Shown: piece by piece, positions 45,530-55,566 of the stretch
Numbering within the stretch: the stretch's first letter is position 1
Layout: each line of letters opens with the position of its first letter
From: an uncultured archaeon
GTDB taxonomy: Archaea; Aenigmatarchaeota; Aenigmatarchaeia; PWEA01; JAGHBM01
NCBI GenBank assembly: GCA_964640225.1
Contig: CAZXFI010000001.1
Coordinates: 51,507-115,506, forward strand
Direction: 5' to 3'
Length of the DNA stretch: 64,000 nucleotides
Made by a program: the position numbers and the translations under genes
Notes under the pieces: generated by a model
What the model saw: only the letters and a program-made list of their open reading frames with translations
Databases searched by the model: none
What the model was told of the DNA's origin: nothing

Positions 45530-45615
45530 GGTTCGGTTATTAAGAATAATATCAATACCATAGAAGAGGGAACTTTTTCTCTTGTATGTTATTTGACTAA
45601 AAGGAGGTTTAGACA

Positions 45616-45780
45616 ATGGGAGATTTTAGGAGAGGCGGCTTCAAGAAAAGCTTCGGCCCTAGGGAAATGCACAAGGCAGTTTGTTCTGACTGCGGCAAAG
45701 AGTGTGAAGTTCCGTTCAAGCCGACAGAAGGCAAGCCTGTTTACTGCAAAGATTGTTACATGAAAAAGAAGAAGTGGTAA
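45616..45780 (+). CDS. Small zinc-ribbon protein (54 aa), not in ORF track
   Basis: MGDFRRGGFKKSFGPREMHKAVCSDCGKECEVPFKPTEGKPVYCKDCYMKKKKW. Strong SD AAGGAGGT lies 8 nt upstream. CxxC-x16-CxxC. Confidence 0.5.
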   Translation: MGDFRRGGFKKSFGPREMHKAVCSDCGKECEVPFKPTEGKPVYCKDCYMKKKKW

Positions 45781-45873
45781 TTCTTTATAGGATTATTTTA
45801 CATTTTTATTTTATTATTTTTCAATAAAAAGGGATTAATGCTTAATTTATTCTAACCAGGCCAAATACTACAC

Positions 45874-47112
45874 ATGGAAGTCTTCAAAGCTTTCTCCGAA
45901 GAGGTCAACGGCCCGGAAGGGAAAAAACTCGGGGAAAATATTTCAAAACTGACGGGAAAGCCGGACCTGGTTATATTGTATTTCACAATAGAGCATTCAG
46001 GGGAAGAGGACGTGAGGGCTTACCTGGAAAAAATCCGGGAAAGCCTTCCTGAAGGAACCGTGCTGGCGGGGGTTTCCGTTGCCGCCTTCAAGACCAACGA
46101 AAACAGGCTCATACGAACCCAAGGGGGAGTGGCCATAATTCTGAAGGGAATTCAAGTTAAAGCCAACCGGCTGGAGAAGAGTATATGGAACGCGAGCGTG
46201 GATGAGGTAAAAAAAGTGTACATGGAAAATTCAGGCAGTGGCTCTTTCAACTTCATCTTCTGCTGCGGGCCGCGGCAGAGCAGGAAGGAATCCGTTGTAT
46301 GGAAGTACGCGCAAAAACAGGCAATCAAGGCCCTGAAAATACCCCTCTTAAGGGAAAAAATAATTAACATGACTCTGAAAAGGGCGTGGAAAGACAAGAT
46401 AGGTTACCCTCCCGGATATTTCGGGCTCAATTCCCTTGCGTCCGGGGGCAGAAAATTCCTTTGGAACGACTCGGTTGACGGGGGCTCCTGGACGAAAGGT
46501 TACGAGATCCTGAACACGAAAATTTTCAATTCCGAAACACTCATAAATGTTTCCCTGAGCCCTGCTTCAAATATCAAGGTTTTGGAAACCCTCCCGCTGA
46601 CAGACGAGAATATGAAAAAACTGGACGTGGTAAGGGAGTACAAAAAGGTGGATTATTACAAGAGTGTTATATACGGCCTTGACGGGAAATCAATCAGTAG
46701 CGTTAGGGAAGAGCTGCCGGTGGCTACAAGAAGGCTTGAAAGGGGCGGATTCGGTTACTACGGAATTTTTGTTTCAAAAAAAAGGAGAATACCGCTTACG
46801 TTCGGTAACATAGACGTGATTCCCCTGGAGTTCCTGGTGGAGGAGCCAGGGAAAGTGCTTATAGTAAGGGCCGAGGGCCTGGGGGACTACAAGGAAAAGC
46901 TGGAGAAAAAAGTTGAGAGCCTGGACAGAAACAAGCTGGTGCAGGTGAACATCCACAGCTCCGTTATAAATTTCTTCGGGGAAAAGATGGAAAAGGTAAT
47001 GGACTCCCTGAACGGGAAACTAAATAACTGGGTGGTTATTATAGGGGACAATTTTTATTGTTCAAAAGGCAGCCAGAACTTTTTTTATCCCGTTATTGTT
47101 ACTTACGGTTAA
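45874..47112 (+). CDS. Hypothetical protein (weak FIST-domain-like N-terminus)
   Basis: 412 aa. PDLVILYFTIEHSGEE and GVSVAAF resemble FIST_N, but this is not conclusive. Confidence 0.35.
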   Translation: MEVFKAFSEEVNGPEGKKLGENISKLTGKPDLVILYFTIEHSGEEDVRAYLEKIRESLPEGTVLAGVSVAAFKTNENRLIRTQGGVAIILKGIQVKANRLEKSIWNASVDEVKKVYMENSGSGSFNFIFCCGPRQSRKESVVWKYAQKQAIKALKIPLLREKIINMTLKRAWKDKIGYPPGYFGLNSLASGGRKFLWNDSVDGGSWTKGYEILNTKIFNSETLINVSLSPASNIKVLETLPLTDENMKKLDVVREYKKVDYYKSVIYGLDGKSISSVREELPVATRRLERGGFGYYGIFVSKKRRIPLTFGNIDVIPLEFLVEEPGKVLIVRAEGLGDYKEKLEKKVESLDRNKLVQVNIHSSVINFFGEKMEKVMDSLNGKLNNWVVIIGDNFYCSKGSQNFFYPVIVTYG

Positions 47113-47168
47113 TTTTTTTCTTCATTCGGGATTTCAAAGTCTTAAGACTTTGTCTTAAGTATTGAAAA

Positions 47169-47579
47169 TTACCCTCCTTTATCGGGATTTTCAAAATCTT
47201 CCAGCGTGCGCTCCCCGAAGAACTTCCTCTTGGCCGCCTTCATGGTGCCGCTCACCCCGAGCGTGTAGGGTATAACCCTGGTGTCGCCTATCCTTTCTAT
47301 AAGCGCAAGCGCGGCTCTCACGTACTCCACGTAGTTGTTGTCGCACCTTATGAGCCCTCTCTGGTTGGCCTCATCCCAGCTGTCGCTTACAAACCATATG
47401 TTGGCCTCCGAGGCCCCCAGCTCCCCGACCAAATTGAGCAGGGAATGCCAGAAGGCGTTTAGAATGTCGCCGAAATTGATTTTTTCCTGGCTTATTATCT
47501 CAAAGGCCAGGTACCTCTTCTTTTCCCTGAGAGTCGGGGGAAGGATTTTGGTCCGGTCAGCCACCCGCACCACCTGCAA
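47169..47579 (-). CDS. rnp2: RNase P protein subunit Pop5 (Rnp2)
   Basis: LREKKRYLAFEIIS is the Pop5 signature N-terminus. About 130 aa. Adjacent to the Rpp30 gene. Confidence 0.7.
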   Translation of the reverse strand: MQVVRVADRTKILPPTLREKKRYLAFEIISQEKINFGDILNAFWHSLLNLVGELGASEANIWFVSDSWDEANQRGLIRCDNNYVEYVRAALALIERIGDTRVIPYTLGVSGTMKAAKRKFFGERTLEDFENPDKGG

Positions 47580-48222
47580 TCATTTTAGGCACGTCGGACA
47601 CGGATTTCATTGACTCCTCAAGCCCCATGCCAAGCACCTGCCCCAAGGCCGCGAGCTCCCTCGGGTCCCTCATGTCCCATTTGCTTCTTGAAGCCGAGGT
47701 TATGACCACGGGAGCCCTGTATTTCCTGGCAAGCTCTATGTTGAGCCTCATGTGGCTCAGAACGAAGGACCTTACCTTTTTGAAAGTCTCAAGAACCTCG
47801 TGGAAGTTTATTTCTATCGCCACGTTGTTTTCCATGCAGAACCTTGCTATCACGTGGTCAACGCCCGAATCAGACCTCCTGTACTCCGGGTGCGAGAGAA
47901 GCGAAACGCGGGAATCCTCCGAGGCGGCACGGTTTATCTTGTATTCCCCGCCCGAAACTATTATAAATTTTGAATGCTTCCCGGCCTTGGTCAAGGACCT
48001 CTTCATCTCCTTGACCCCGTCGGCCTCAACCTCTATTCCCGGCACTATCTTCAGGTTCTTCACGGAACGGGCCATTTCGCTTATTTTCCTGAACCTGTCC
48101 AGGTTTGCGTATTTCTCTACAAGGCCTATTCCGGAATATCCGAGCCTCTTGGCGGTTTCCACTACCTCGTCAAACTCTTCCAGGTTGTCTAGATGTATGT
48201 TTAAATCGTAAAAGTCCATCAA
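47557..48222 (-). CDS. rnp3: RNase P protein subunit Rpp30 (Rnp3), TIM/PHP-like barrel
   Basis: MMDFYDLNIHL start and about 220 aa, typical of archaeal Rpp30. Overlaps the Pop5 start by 23 nt. Confidence 0.7.
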   Translation of the reverse strand: MMDFYDLNIHLDNLEEFDEVVETAKRLGYSGIGLVEKYANLDRFRKISEMARSVKNLKIVPGIEVEADGVKEMKRSLTKAGKHSKFIIVSGGEYKINRAASEDSRVSLLSHPEYRRSDSGVDHVIARFCMENNVAIEINFHEVLETFKKVRSFVLSHMRLNIELARKYRAPVVITSASRSKWDMRDPRELAALGQVLGMGLEESMKSVSDVPKMIAGGAGG

Positions 48223-48292
48223 ACCCCCACCAAATAAATATAACAGGAAAGCATATTAAAAGCTTAAAAAACGGCAATTATCGGGCTTTCCC

Positions 48293-48850
48293 TTATTTTT
48301 TTGAGGATTTGGATTTTTCAAAGCCTTTTCCTCTGCCGTGGAGTCCCCTGCCTTCCTTTCCCGAGGAAGTCTTGCCCCTGAATACCCTTCCGCTTCCTGC
48401 CTTGCAAATCCAGTTTATCTTGTCATCCTTCTTTATGACAGGGTGGCTAGGATCCACCATTATTACCTCGTACCACTTGTGGACTCCGTCTTCGGCCACG
48501 TAGTAGGAATTCAGGACTTCCAGGTTGGAGAATTTTCTTCCGGCCCTTTCCTCGGCTATCCACTTGAGGCTCTTGGACGGGGAAAACCTGGTCATTCCGT
48601 ACTTGCTGGGTTTCCTTCCTCCTTTCGGTCTGGGCCTCTTCCTTCCTCCTCTCTTGACCCTTACCCTGGCAAGAACATAGCCCTGCTTGGCCTTGTAGCC
48701 CAGGCTCCGGGCCCTGTCAATCCTGGTGGGCTTGTCTATCCTCTCTATCACGTTCTGCTTTCTCCAGTCAACAAGCCTCTGCTTCCACAAATCTCCGAGA
48801 TTTTCCTTGGGCCTTTTCCACAGGTCCCTTACTCTTCCGTACATTCCCAT
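48293..48850 (-). CDS. rpl15e: 50S ribosomal protein L15e
   Basis: [16 protein letters not shown]...[28 protein letters not shown]...[20 protein letters not shown] is canonical L15e. Confidence 0.9.
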   Translation of the reverse strand: MGMYGRVRDLWKRPKENLGDLWKQRLVDWRKQNVIERIDKPTRIDRARSLGYKAKQGYVLARVRVKRGGRKRPRPKGGRKPSKYGMTRFSPSKSLKWIAEERAGRKFSNLEVLNSYYVAEDGVHKWYEVIMVDPSHPVIKKDDKINWICKAGSGRVFRGKTSSGKEGRGLHGRGKGFEKSKSSKK

Positions 48851-49018
48851 GCTTTCACCTTTTTTTGAGGCGAAAATTGAAACTTCAGTTTCATTTTTTC
48901 ACCTCTTAACCTTCACCAATCCTCCCTCAAGCCGGGAGGTATCGGAACCATGCTGAATGGTTCTGATGGCACATCGCAGGTTTACAGAAAAACTATGGAA
49001 GACACGTATTTAAATGTT

Positions 49019-50266
49019 TCACCTTTTCAAGAGCACTCTCAAATCGTTCAGGTTGGTTCCCGTGGGGCCCGTGACTATGAGGCAGTTCCTTTTCTTCAGG
49101 AAAGTGTAGGAATCGCTGCCCTTCAGGGCCTTTTCCACCTCGTTTTTTTCAAAGCCCCTGAAATCTCTCTCGTCCGCAACCGCCCCCGCGGCGCGCGAGT
49201 TGCCGTCTATCCCGTCCGAATCCATGGAGGCCGAGGTGCACGGAATTTTGCGGCAGTAAAGAACGAACTCCTGGTTGGGCCCGCCCCGGCCCCTTCCCCT
49301 TACCTTGGTGCTCAGCTCCCCGCCCGATATCAAGCAGGTCTTTCTTTTCAGCTTGGGGAGCGCGGAAAACTTGCGGGCAAGGGCTTCGGGACTTCCCTCG
49401 TATTCCGGAAACTTTACCATGGCTTTGTAGCCCAGCTTCCTTGCTTTCTCAGCAGCCTTTTTGAGAAGCATTGTGTTGTTCAGCAGTACAAAACTGTCCG
49501 CTTTCCTTTTTTTTCTTTTCTCCTTCTCCTTGATAGCCTTCAGGATTTTCAGGCTCAGCGGAATTTTGTGTTTTTTCAATATTTTGAGCACGCGACTGGA
49601 AGATGGGTTTGAATAAACCATTGGCCCGGAGCCCACATAATCCAGGGGGTCGCCCACAACGTCTGAAACCACCAGGTTCACGGCCTTGCCCCTGATGAAA
49701 CTCAGAAGCCTGCCTGCCTTGACCCTGGAAATTTTTTTCCTTACGGTATTTATTTCCTTCACGGTCATTCCCGCCTCAATCATTCTCTTGTTCAGGACCC
49801 TGTATTCCCTCAGGCCCGTCCTGGGGCAGCAGAGGAGCGATGAAGTCCCGCCGGAAGTCAGGTAAATTATAAGGTCGTTCGCACCGGCCTTTTCAAGCAT
49901 GCCGACCATTTTCCTGGTTGCCGCGAGGTTCTGCGCGGACGGAAGTGGATGCGTCCCCTTAACAACCCGTATCCTGCCAAGGTTCCTGTGCTTTTCCGTG
50001 TGGATCACGAGCCCGCCCGCTATTCTGTCCCCCAGAAGGGATTTTAGAAAGGAGGCCATCCCGTAGGAGGCCTTGCCCGACCCGAAAACGTAAATTTTTT
50101 CGTATTTGTCCAGCCTGTATTTCCTTTTCTTTACCTTCAACGCGTTTCCTTTAAGCTTTATGTTTTCCCTCATGGCTTTCTCTATGGATGTCTCTTTCAA
50201 AGCGTGCTTTAATATGGACAAAGCGTCTCTCCTGGTTTTAGAAAAAGTCTTATGCATATTACACAC
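49019..50266 (-). CDS. Glycerate 2-kinase (MOFRL family)
   Basis: 415 aa. N-terminal DUF4147-like region with IYVFGSGKAS. C-terminal MOFRL-like region GGELSTKVRGRGRGGPNQEF. Confidence 0.65.
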   Translation of the reverse strand: MCNMHKTFSKTRRDALSILKHALKETSIEKAMRENIKLKGNALKVKKRKYRLDKYEKIYVFGSGKASYGMASFLKSLLGDRIAGGLVIHTEKHRNLGRIRVVKGTHPLPSAQNLAATRKMVGMLEKAGANDLIIYLTSGGTSSLLCCPRTGLREYRVLNKRMIEAGMTVKEINTVRKKISRVKAGRLLSFIRGKAVNLVVSDVVGDPLDYVGSGPMVYSNPSSSRVLKILKKHKIPLSLKILKAIKEKEKRKKRKADSFVLLNNTMLLKKAAEKARKLGYKAMVKFPEYEGSPEALARKFSALPKLKRKTCLISGGELSTKVRGRGRGGPNQEFVLYCRKIPCTSASMDSDGIDGNSRAAGAVADERDFRGFEKNEVEKALKGSDSYTFLKKRNCLIVTGPTGTNLNDLRVLLKR

Positions 50267-51485
50267 GGGTGTATTTTTCTAAAAATTCCTGCCTGTGGCT
50301 CTTGAAGGTCGAGTATATGCTCTCAACCTCGTCCTCGGATTCCCTGTGGCTCATGTCTTTTATTTTTTTCACGTGGTTGTAGTACCTGCCGTACCATAGG
50401 CTCAGCAGGGCCTCCAGAACTTTCTGGCTTTTTTTCTTTTTGTAATAGAATGCGGCGGCGTAAACGAATTTTATCCAGTCCTCCTTTTCAACCCCCTTTC
50501 CGTTGGCAATTATTCTGGAAACTTTTTGCGCCAGGCTTTCGTCGTAGTCCCTGGCTATCCTACCAATCATGGTCCTGTTTTTTCTTGTCCTGCCCTTGAA
50601 GGAGCCCTTTATTTTTTCCACGTCAATCTTGAGAGGTATCTGCTCCTTGTCTTTCGTACCTCCGGGTATTTCCCTGTAGTCCGGCTTCCTCCCGCCGGTC
50701 CATATACACTCGTGCTGCTCAAGCATCCTGAACATCTGCCCCACAACCTGGCAGAACATGGGATCTATGTGCTTTTTTGGTATCACATACTTCCTGGTGC
50801 TGCTGTGTATCTTACTTCCCAATATGGCCTCCCCTATCTTGTAGTTCTTCACCAGGGCAGTGGTGGTTATGAAAATGTCTATCCCGAAATCGTGCGGCAC
50901 CTCCTCGGCCAGCAGGTCCTCAAGGAGCGGCCTTGATATTGAGAAGTCCCCGCCTATGGGCTGGCGCCTGTAGCCCCCGTATATAGCCTTGGTGAAAGGG
51001 TAAGCCAGCACATTGGTTATCATCCCGTCGTACTTGTGCCTGTGGTAAAACGGGGCAACCAGGCCGGCCCTTCCGTAAAGCGTTGGCTTTGCCAGAAGCT
51101 CTATCCAGCTGGGGGTTATGAAAACCAGGTCCGAGTCCACGATTGTAGTGGAGTAAGCCCCCACCTGCCTGCCTATTTCAAGCGTGGATTTCACCCCGGC
51201 CCCCTTTCCGTAGGGCTTTTCATCTTTTACCGAAACCAGGTCCACGCTTTTGGGAAGAGGAAGCATCTCGGCCAGGGCAAGGGTATTGTCTCTGGAGTGC
51301 CCGTCGGCTATCACTATAAGGCTTTTTTCGGAAAAATGCCTTGAAAGCCCCTCGGCCACGTTAGAAAGAACGTGAAGTATTGTTGACTCGGAATTCTTGG
51401 TGGGAATCCCCACAACAAGAGGATAATGACCCATTTTTTTGGCCTCATGCCTGCTTATGTTCCTCATGCTCGTTAATCCTCGCAT
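50259..51485 (-). CDS. GT-A fold glycosyltransferase (family 2-like; possibly glycosyl-3-phosphoglycerate synthase-like)
   Basis: LVVGIPTKNSESTI, IVIADGHSRDNT and a DSD (DxD) motif. 408 aa. Confidence 0.45.
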   Translation of the reverse strand: MRGLTSMRNISRHEAKKMGHYPLVVGIPTKNSESTILHVLSNVAEGLSRHFSEKSLIVIADGHSRDNTLALAEMLPLPKSVDLVSVKDEKPYGKGAGVKSTLEIGRQVGAYSTTIVDSDLVFITPSWIELLAKPTLYGRAGLVAPFYHRHKYDGMITNVLAYPFTKAIYGGYRRQPIGGDFSISRPLLEDLLAEEVPHDFGIDIFITTTALVKNYKIGEAILGSKIHSSTRKYVIPKKHIDPMFCQVVGQMFRMLEQHECIWTGGRKPDYREIPGGTKDKEQIPLKIDVEKIKGSFKGRTRKNRTMIGRIARDYDESLAQKVSRIIANGKGVEKEDWIKFVYAAAFYYKKKKSQKVLEALLSLWYGRYYNHVKKIKDMSHRESEDEVESIYSTFKSHRQEFLEKYTRV

Positions 51486-51604
51486 TCATCTTTTAATTAA
51501 AATTGTTTTGGATATTAATAAATTTTATATTTGAAACCGAGTTTAAAGTTTATATATAAGAATTATTTAAATTGTAACACGCTATTATAAAAGGAGGTTT
51601 TCAA

Positions 51605-51910
51605 ATGCATGCAGCAATAAAACTCGTATTTGGACTGATTTTAATTCTGCTGGGACTCTGGTTGCTTGTGCCCGTAGGCGCTCCCGTGCTTACCGCGGTG
51701 AAGCCTGCCAGCTGGGCGATGTTTGACTGGTGGTCGGAGTTCAAGACCGTGTTGAAGGGAATCATACCGCCGGTTGTAATAATACTGGGCCTGCTGATAG
51801 TATGGATTGAAAGCGAGGAGCTCAAGTCTCCGGTAGTGCCGGAACCCGAGGCAAAACCCGAGCCAGCCAAAAAGAAGAAGGCAGCCGGAAAGGCCCGGAA
51901 AAAGAAGTAA
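51605..51910 (+). CDS. Small membrane protein with Lys-rich C-terminus
   Basis: Three hydrophobic segments. TATA TTTATATATAAG at 51549 and SD AAGGAGGT at 51591. C-terminal AKKKKAAGKARKKK. Confidence 0.45.
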   Translation: MHAAIKLVFGLILILLGLWLLVPVGAPVLTAVKPASWAMFDWWSEFKTVLKGIIPPVVIILGLLIVWIESEELKSPVVPEPEAKPEPAKKKKAAGKARKKK

Positions 51911-51952
51911 ACCCTTTAAATTATTTATTGTTTCTTCGTTATTTTACTCTAT

Positions 51953-53146
51953 ATGGTTTCTACAGCCCAGCTCTGCATATACTGCAAGGGAGGAAAGAAC
52001 CTGTGCGGGCTCGGGAAGTGCCCCCTTCTTGACAAAGTCAGGATGGAGCAGAAAATAACCGGGATAAAGGACGGGTTCTTCGGGCCGTCCCCGTCCATCT
52101 TTGTGGGCAGGTTCGGATATCCTGATGTTTTTGTGGGGCCCCTCGGGAATATCGCACCCTCTAACATGCCCGAGAATCCCGGCACTTGGTTCGGCCGAAG
52201 TTACGGGGAGATAGTAGAAAAGAGGTCCCTGATTCTCCGTTCCAAGCACAGGCAAAACATCTTCTCCAAGTCCGGCCTCGTGGAGGACAACAAGCTTCTT
52301 GCTATGGCCAAAAAACCGGCCGACGTGGAAATGGAGTTCAGGGGGAAGCCGGTGTACCGCATGAGCTTTTCCAGCGTCGTGCAACCCATGGGGCCCTCTG
52401 TTTCCGTGAACAAAGTCAGGATAGCTGAAAACGTGAAAGTCCCCAGGATAGTGGACAAGGTTGTCAACGACGAGCTCAGGGCGGCGGAGGCCTCCTTTAT
52501 AATGTACAAAAAAAACGTGGACATTTACAAGCTTACCAACATACTTTCTTCGGGCGCCCTGGGCCTGGAGAAAAAGATGGTTCCAACCAGATGGAGCATA
52601 ACCGCCATGGATGACATCATAGGCAAGAGCCTGATGAAACAGGTCAGGAACTTCCCCCAGGTGAACGAGTTCCGGGTTTACGAATCCAGTTTTCTCAACA
52701 ATAAATTCGTGGTATTGATGATGCCGGGAAGCTGGGAGTTTGAGAACTTTGAGGCATGGAAGCCGGGCTCGTTCTGGAGCTTCAATCTCAAGAAGACGGA
52801 AATCGTTGAGGAGTACGAGCCGTTCCGCGGCAGGACCAGGTACGCGGACAAACAGGCAGGAGGGTATTATGCCGCAAGGCTGGGAGTTCTTGAGGAGCTA
52901 CTCAGGATGGGCAGGCAGGCCCGCGTGGTGAGTTTCAGGGAGGTTTACGAGGGATACGTTGTTCCGGTGGGCGTGTGGCAGGTCCGCGAGAACGTAAGGA
53001 ACGCCATGAAGTCCGGGTGCGAAAAGTTCGCGACCCTTGAGGAGGCGCTGGACTACATAAGGCCCAGACTGAAGATAAAACTCGGGGAATACAGGAAAAA
53101 AAGCGTTATGCTTAGGCAGAAAAGGCTCTCCGATTTCGCAACATAA
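51953..53146 (+). CDS. Hypothetical protein with N-terminal Cys cluster (possibly archaeal Nre-family DNA repair protein)
   Basis: CIYCKGGKNLCGLGKCP N-terminus. About 400 aa, archaeal-type. The family assignment is recalled from memory, not verified. Confidence 0.3.
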   Translation: MVSTAQLCIYCKGGKNLCGLGKCPLLDKVRMEQKITGIKDGFFGPSPSIFVGRFGYPDVFVGPLGNIAPSNMPENPGTWFGRSYGEIVEKRSLILRSKHRQNIFSKSGLVEDNKLLAMAKKPADVEMEFRGKPVYRMSFSSVVQPMGPSVSVNKVRIAENVKVPRIVDKVVNDELRAAEASFIMYKKNVDIYKLTNILSSGALGLEKKMVPTRWSITAMDDIIGKSLMKQVRNFPQVNEFRVYESSFLNNKFVVLMMPGSWEFENFEAWKPGSFWSFNLKKTEIVEEYEPFRGRTRYADKQAGGYYAARLGVLEELLRMGRQARVVSFREVYEGYVVPVGVWQVRENVRNAMKSGCEKFATLEEALDYIRPRLKIKLGEYRKKSVMLRQKRLSDFAT

Positions 53147-53174
53147 TTTATTTTTAACAGGTCCATTATTCTAC

Positions 53175-54332
53175 ATGCACCACTTCAACCGCGCTCATTT
53201 CTTCAGGAAAAAGGAAATCAACAGCATCTATGTTTCAATATTTTTAATGACGCTAGCCGAGTCCCTTATCTCCATATTCGTGCCCATATATCTCTACTCG
53301 CTGGGCTACTCCATACCGGCTGTAATTTTCTATTATTTTCTTATAAGCTTCTTTTTCGTCCTGCTGTCCACCCTGGGCGCAAGAGTGCTTTCAAGGGTGG
53401 GTATAAAGTACGCCATGCTTCTCTCAACTCCCCTTACAATCTTTTATTACATGGGGCTCAACTTCATCCAGTCCTCGGCCCTGGTCTTCCTGTTATTGCC
53501 CTCGCTCCTGGCTTCGGGTCTGATTCTGTTCAATTACGGGTTCCATATGAACTACATAGAGCACTCGGATATGAAAAAGGAAGGCCGACAGTACTCCTTC
53601 ATAGGAATTCTTGTAACAGTTGCAACGGCTCTAGGCCCCCTGGTGGCGGGCTACGTGATACTGGTCCTGGGCTACAGCATTCTATTCGCTCTGGGCTCTC
53701 TTATTCTCGTGTCCGGAACATTGCCCCTGTTTTTCATAAAGGAAAGGCACGAGGAGGTCCCGATTGACTTCGGGCTTGTGAAAAAATACCTTTTTGACAG
53801 GAAGCACGCCAGAAACGTGGCGAGCTTCATGGGCTACGCGGTGGAGTCAATTATAGGAAGAACCATCTGGCCCGTGTTCCTGATTATTCTCCTGCTCAAA
53901 ACCGAAACCGTGGGGCTGCTGGTTACGGCCACGCTCTTGGTTTCCATAATGACTTTCTATCTGATAGGAAATTTTACGGACAGGATAAAGGACAAAATGA
54001 AACTTGTAAGAACAGGCACCCTGCTCTACTTTTTCGGCTGGCTGGGCAGGCTGTTCGTGAACAGCCCCCTCAGCTTCATGATGGTGGACTCCTACAAGAA
54101 TGTCACGGAAAAAGTCCTGCGCGTGCCTTTCTGGGTGAACTCCTACGACATAGCCAGGAAGGAGCAGTACTTTGTTTTCATAGTCATGAGGGAGATATCC
54201 TTCAACCTTGTGAGAATAATAGTGCTGCCCCTGCTTGCCCTGGTTTTCTGGGCGGGATTTTACCCGTTTGAGATTTCCTTCATCACAGCGGCCCTGTTTA
54301 CCCTGCTATACCCTCTGCTGAAAAAGGCCTAG
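53175..54332 (+). CDS. MFS-type transporter
   Basis: 385 aa with about 12 hydrophobic helices in two 6-TM halves. Confidence 0.65.
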   Translation: MHHFNRAHFFRKKEINSIYVSIFLMTLAESLISIFVPIYLYSLGYSIPAVIFYYFLISFFFVLLSTLGARVLSRVGIKYAMLLSTPLTIFYYMGLNFIQSSALVFLLLPSLLASGLILFNYGFHMNYIEHSDMKKEGRQYSFIGILVTVATALGPLVAGYVILVLGYSILFALGSLILVSGTLPLFFIKERHEEVPIDFGLVKKYLFDRKHARNVASFMGYAVESIIGRTIWPVFLIILLLKTETVGLLVTATLLVSIMTFYLIGNFTDRIKDKMKLVRTGTLLYFFGWLGRLFVNSPLSFMMVDSYKNVTEKVLRVPFWVNSYDIARKEQYFVFIVMREISFNLVRIIVLPLLALVFWAGFYPFEISFITAALFTLLYPLLKKA

Positions 54333-55498
54333 GTTAGAATCTTTATAACATCCCCGTCCTTCAGCTCGTGGTCGGCCCCGATTTTTCTCTTGGTCCTGGC
54401 GTCTATGGCCCCTATGAACTTATCCCCGATATCCGAGTGTATGCGGTAAGCCAGCTCCCTGGCCGTGATTCCCTTCGGCACCAGGTGGGCATCGGGGAGC
54501 ACGTTACCCTTACGGTCCGACCAGTGCGTCTCGTCCTCAACCGGATAGACAACCATATAACCCATTAAGCCGAACACTGCCTTATTGAGACAATACTGCA
54601 CTCCCGTGGAGCCGTATTTTTCCAGCAGTTTTTTTATTTTTTCCAGTGCATGTTCCTGGCTTTTATTCAGGTCCTTCAGCAGGTCAAAAGACCCGGCCCC
54701 GGGCACGTACTTTATGAGGCCGGATTCCGCGGCCTTGCGAAGAGCCAGCTCCGCGTCAGCGCAGCAGGGCACCATGTTTTCACTCTTCAGGCGCCCGTAG
54801 TTTTCCGTGCTGCCCGGCAGGTCCATCTTGTTTGCGGCAGTTATTATGGGCTTTGACTCCTGGCGGAGGCACTTTGCAAACCTGTAAACGTCTTCTTCAG
54901 ACCATTCTGTGGGCCTTGTGGGGTCCACGTCCGCCTTTCTAACGGCCTCGTGCACTTGGTCTTTGTTTATACCCAGCCCGGAGAACCTGCCCAGTATCTG
55001 CTTCTCAAAGTCGCTTCTCTCTATCTCTGATTGCTTCGCCATCTGGTGCCACTCGCGTTTAAAGATGTTAGCATACCAGTAGTCCAGCTCCTCCTCAAAG
55101 AAAACCATGTCTTCCTTGGGGTCATGACCCCCAGAAGGGTTTCCCTCGGAATCGGTGGTCCCGGACATGTCCAGCACGTGAATCATTACCGGGGCGGGCC
55201 TGAGGTCGTCAAGGAACTGGTTTCCCAGGCCCCGGCCTTCGTGAGCTCCGGGAACTAGTCCGGCCACGTCCAGCAGTTTTACGGGTATCAGGCGCTTTCC
55301 CTCGTGGCACCTTGAATTTTTTGGAGAACAGGACTTTTCCAGCTCGGTGCAGGGGCATGAAGCAGAGACGTAAGCCACGCCCTCGTTCGGTTTTATGGTT
55401 GTGAAAATCCGGTTGGATATCTCCACATCCAACAGCGTGGCGGCCTTGAAGAAGGTGGATTTACCCACATTTGTCTTGCCCACGAGAGCTATCAGCAT
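54329..55498 (-). CDS. Obg-family GTPase (YchF/Ygr210-like) with C-terminal TGS domain
   Basis: G1 [12 protein letters not shown]3 [10 protein letters not shown]4 NKMD. C-terminal TGS-like GDVIKILT. Confidence 0.8.
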   Translation of the reverse strand: MLIALVGKTNVGKSTFFKAATLLDVEISNRIFTTIKPNEGVAYVSASCPCTELEKSCSPKNSRCHEGKRLIPVKLLDVAGLVPGAHEGRGLGNQFLDDLRPAPVMIHVLDMSGTTDSEGNPSGGHDPKEDMVFFEEELDYWYANIFKREWHQMAKQSEIERSDFEKQILGRFSGLGINKDQVHEAVRKADVDPTRPTEWSEEDVYRFAKCLRQESKPIITAANKMDLPGSTENYGRLKSENMVPCCADAELALRKAAESGLIKYVPGAGSFDLLKDLNKSQEHALEKIKKLLEKYGSTGVQYCLNKAVFGLMGYMVVYPVEDETHWSDRKGNVLPDAHLVPKGITARELAYRIHSDIGDKFIGAIDARTKRKIGADHELKDGDVIKILT

Positions 55499-55566
55499 AA
55501 AACCCTGTAAAGAGATGGGGTCAGATTCTTAAATATCTTTTTAAGTTTTGTTCTCTTACTCTAATT

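Noticed and set aside
48851-49018. Possible C/D-box sRNA in the rpl15e/glycerate kinase intergenic region (CTGATGG / GCTGAATGG)
   Set aside because: Boxes are imperfect (UGAUGG rather than RUGAUGA). No clear terminal stem and no guide complementarity could be established by eye.
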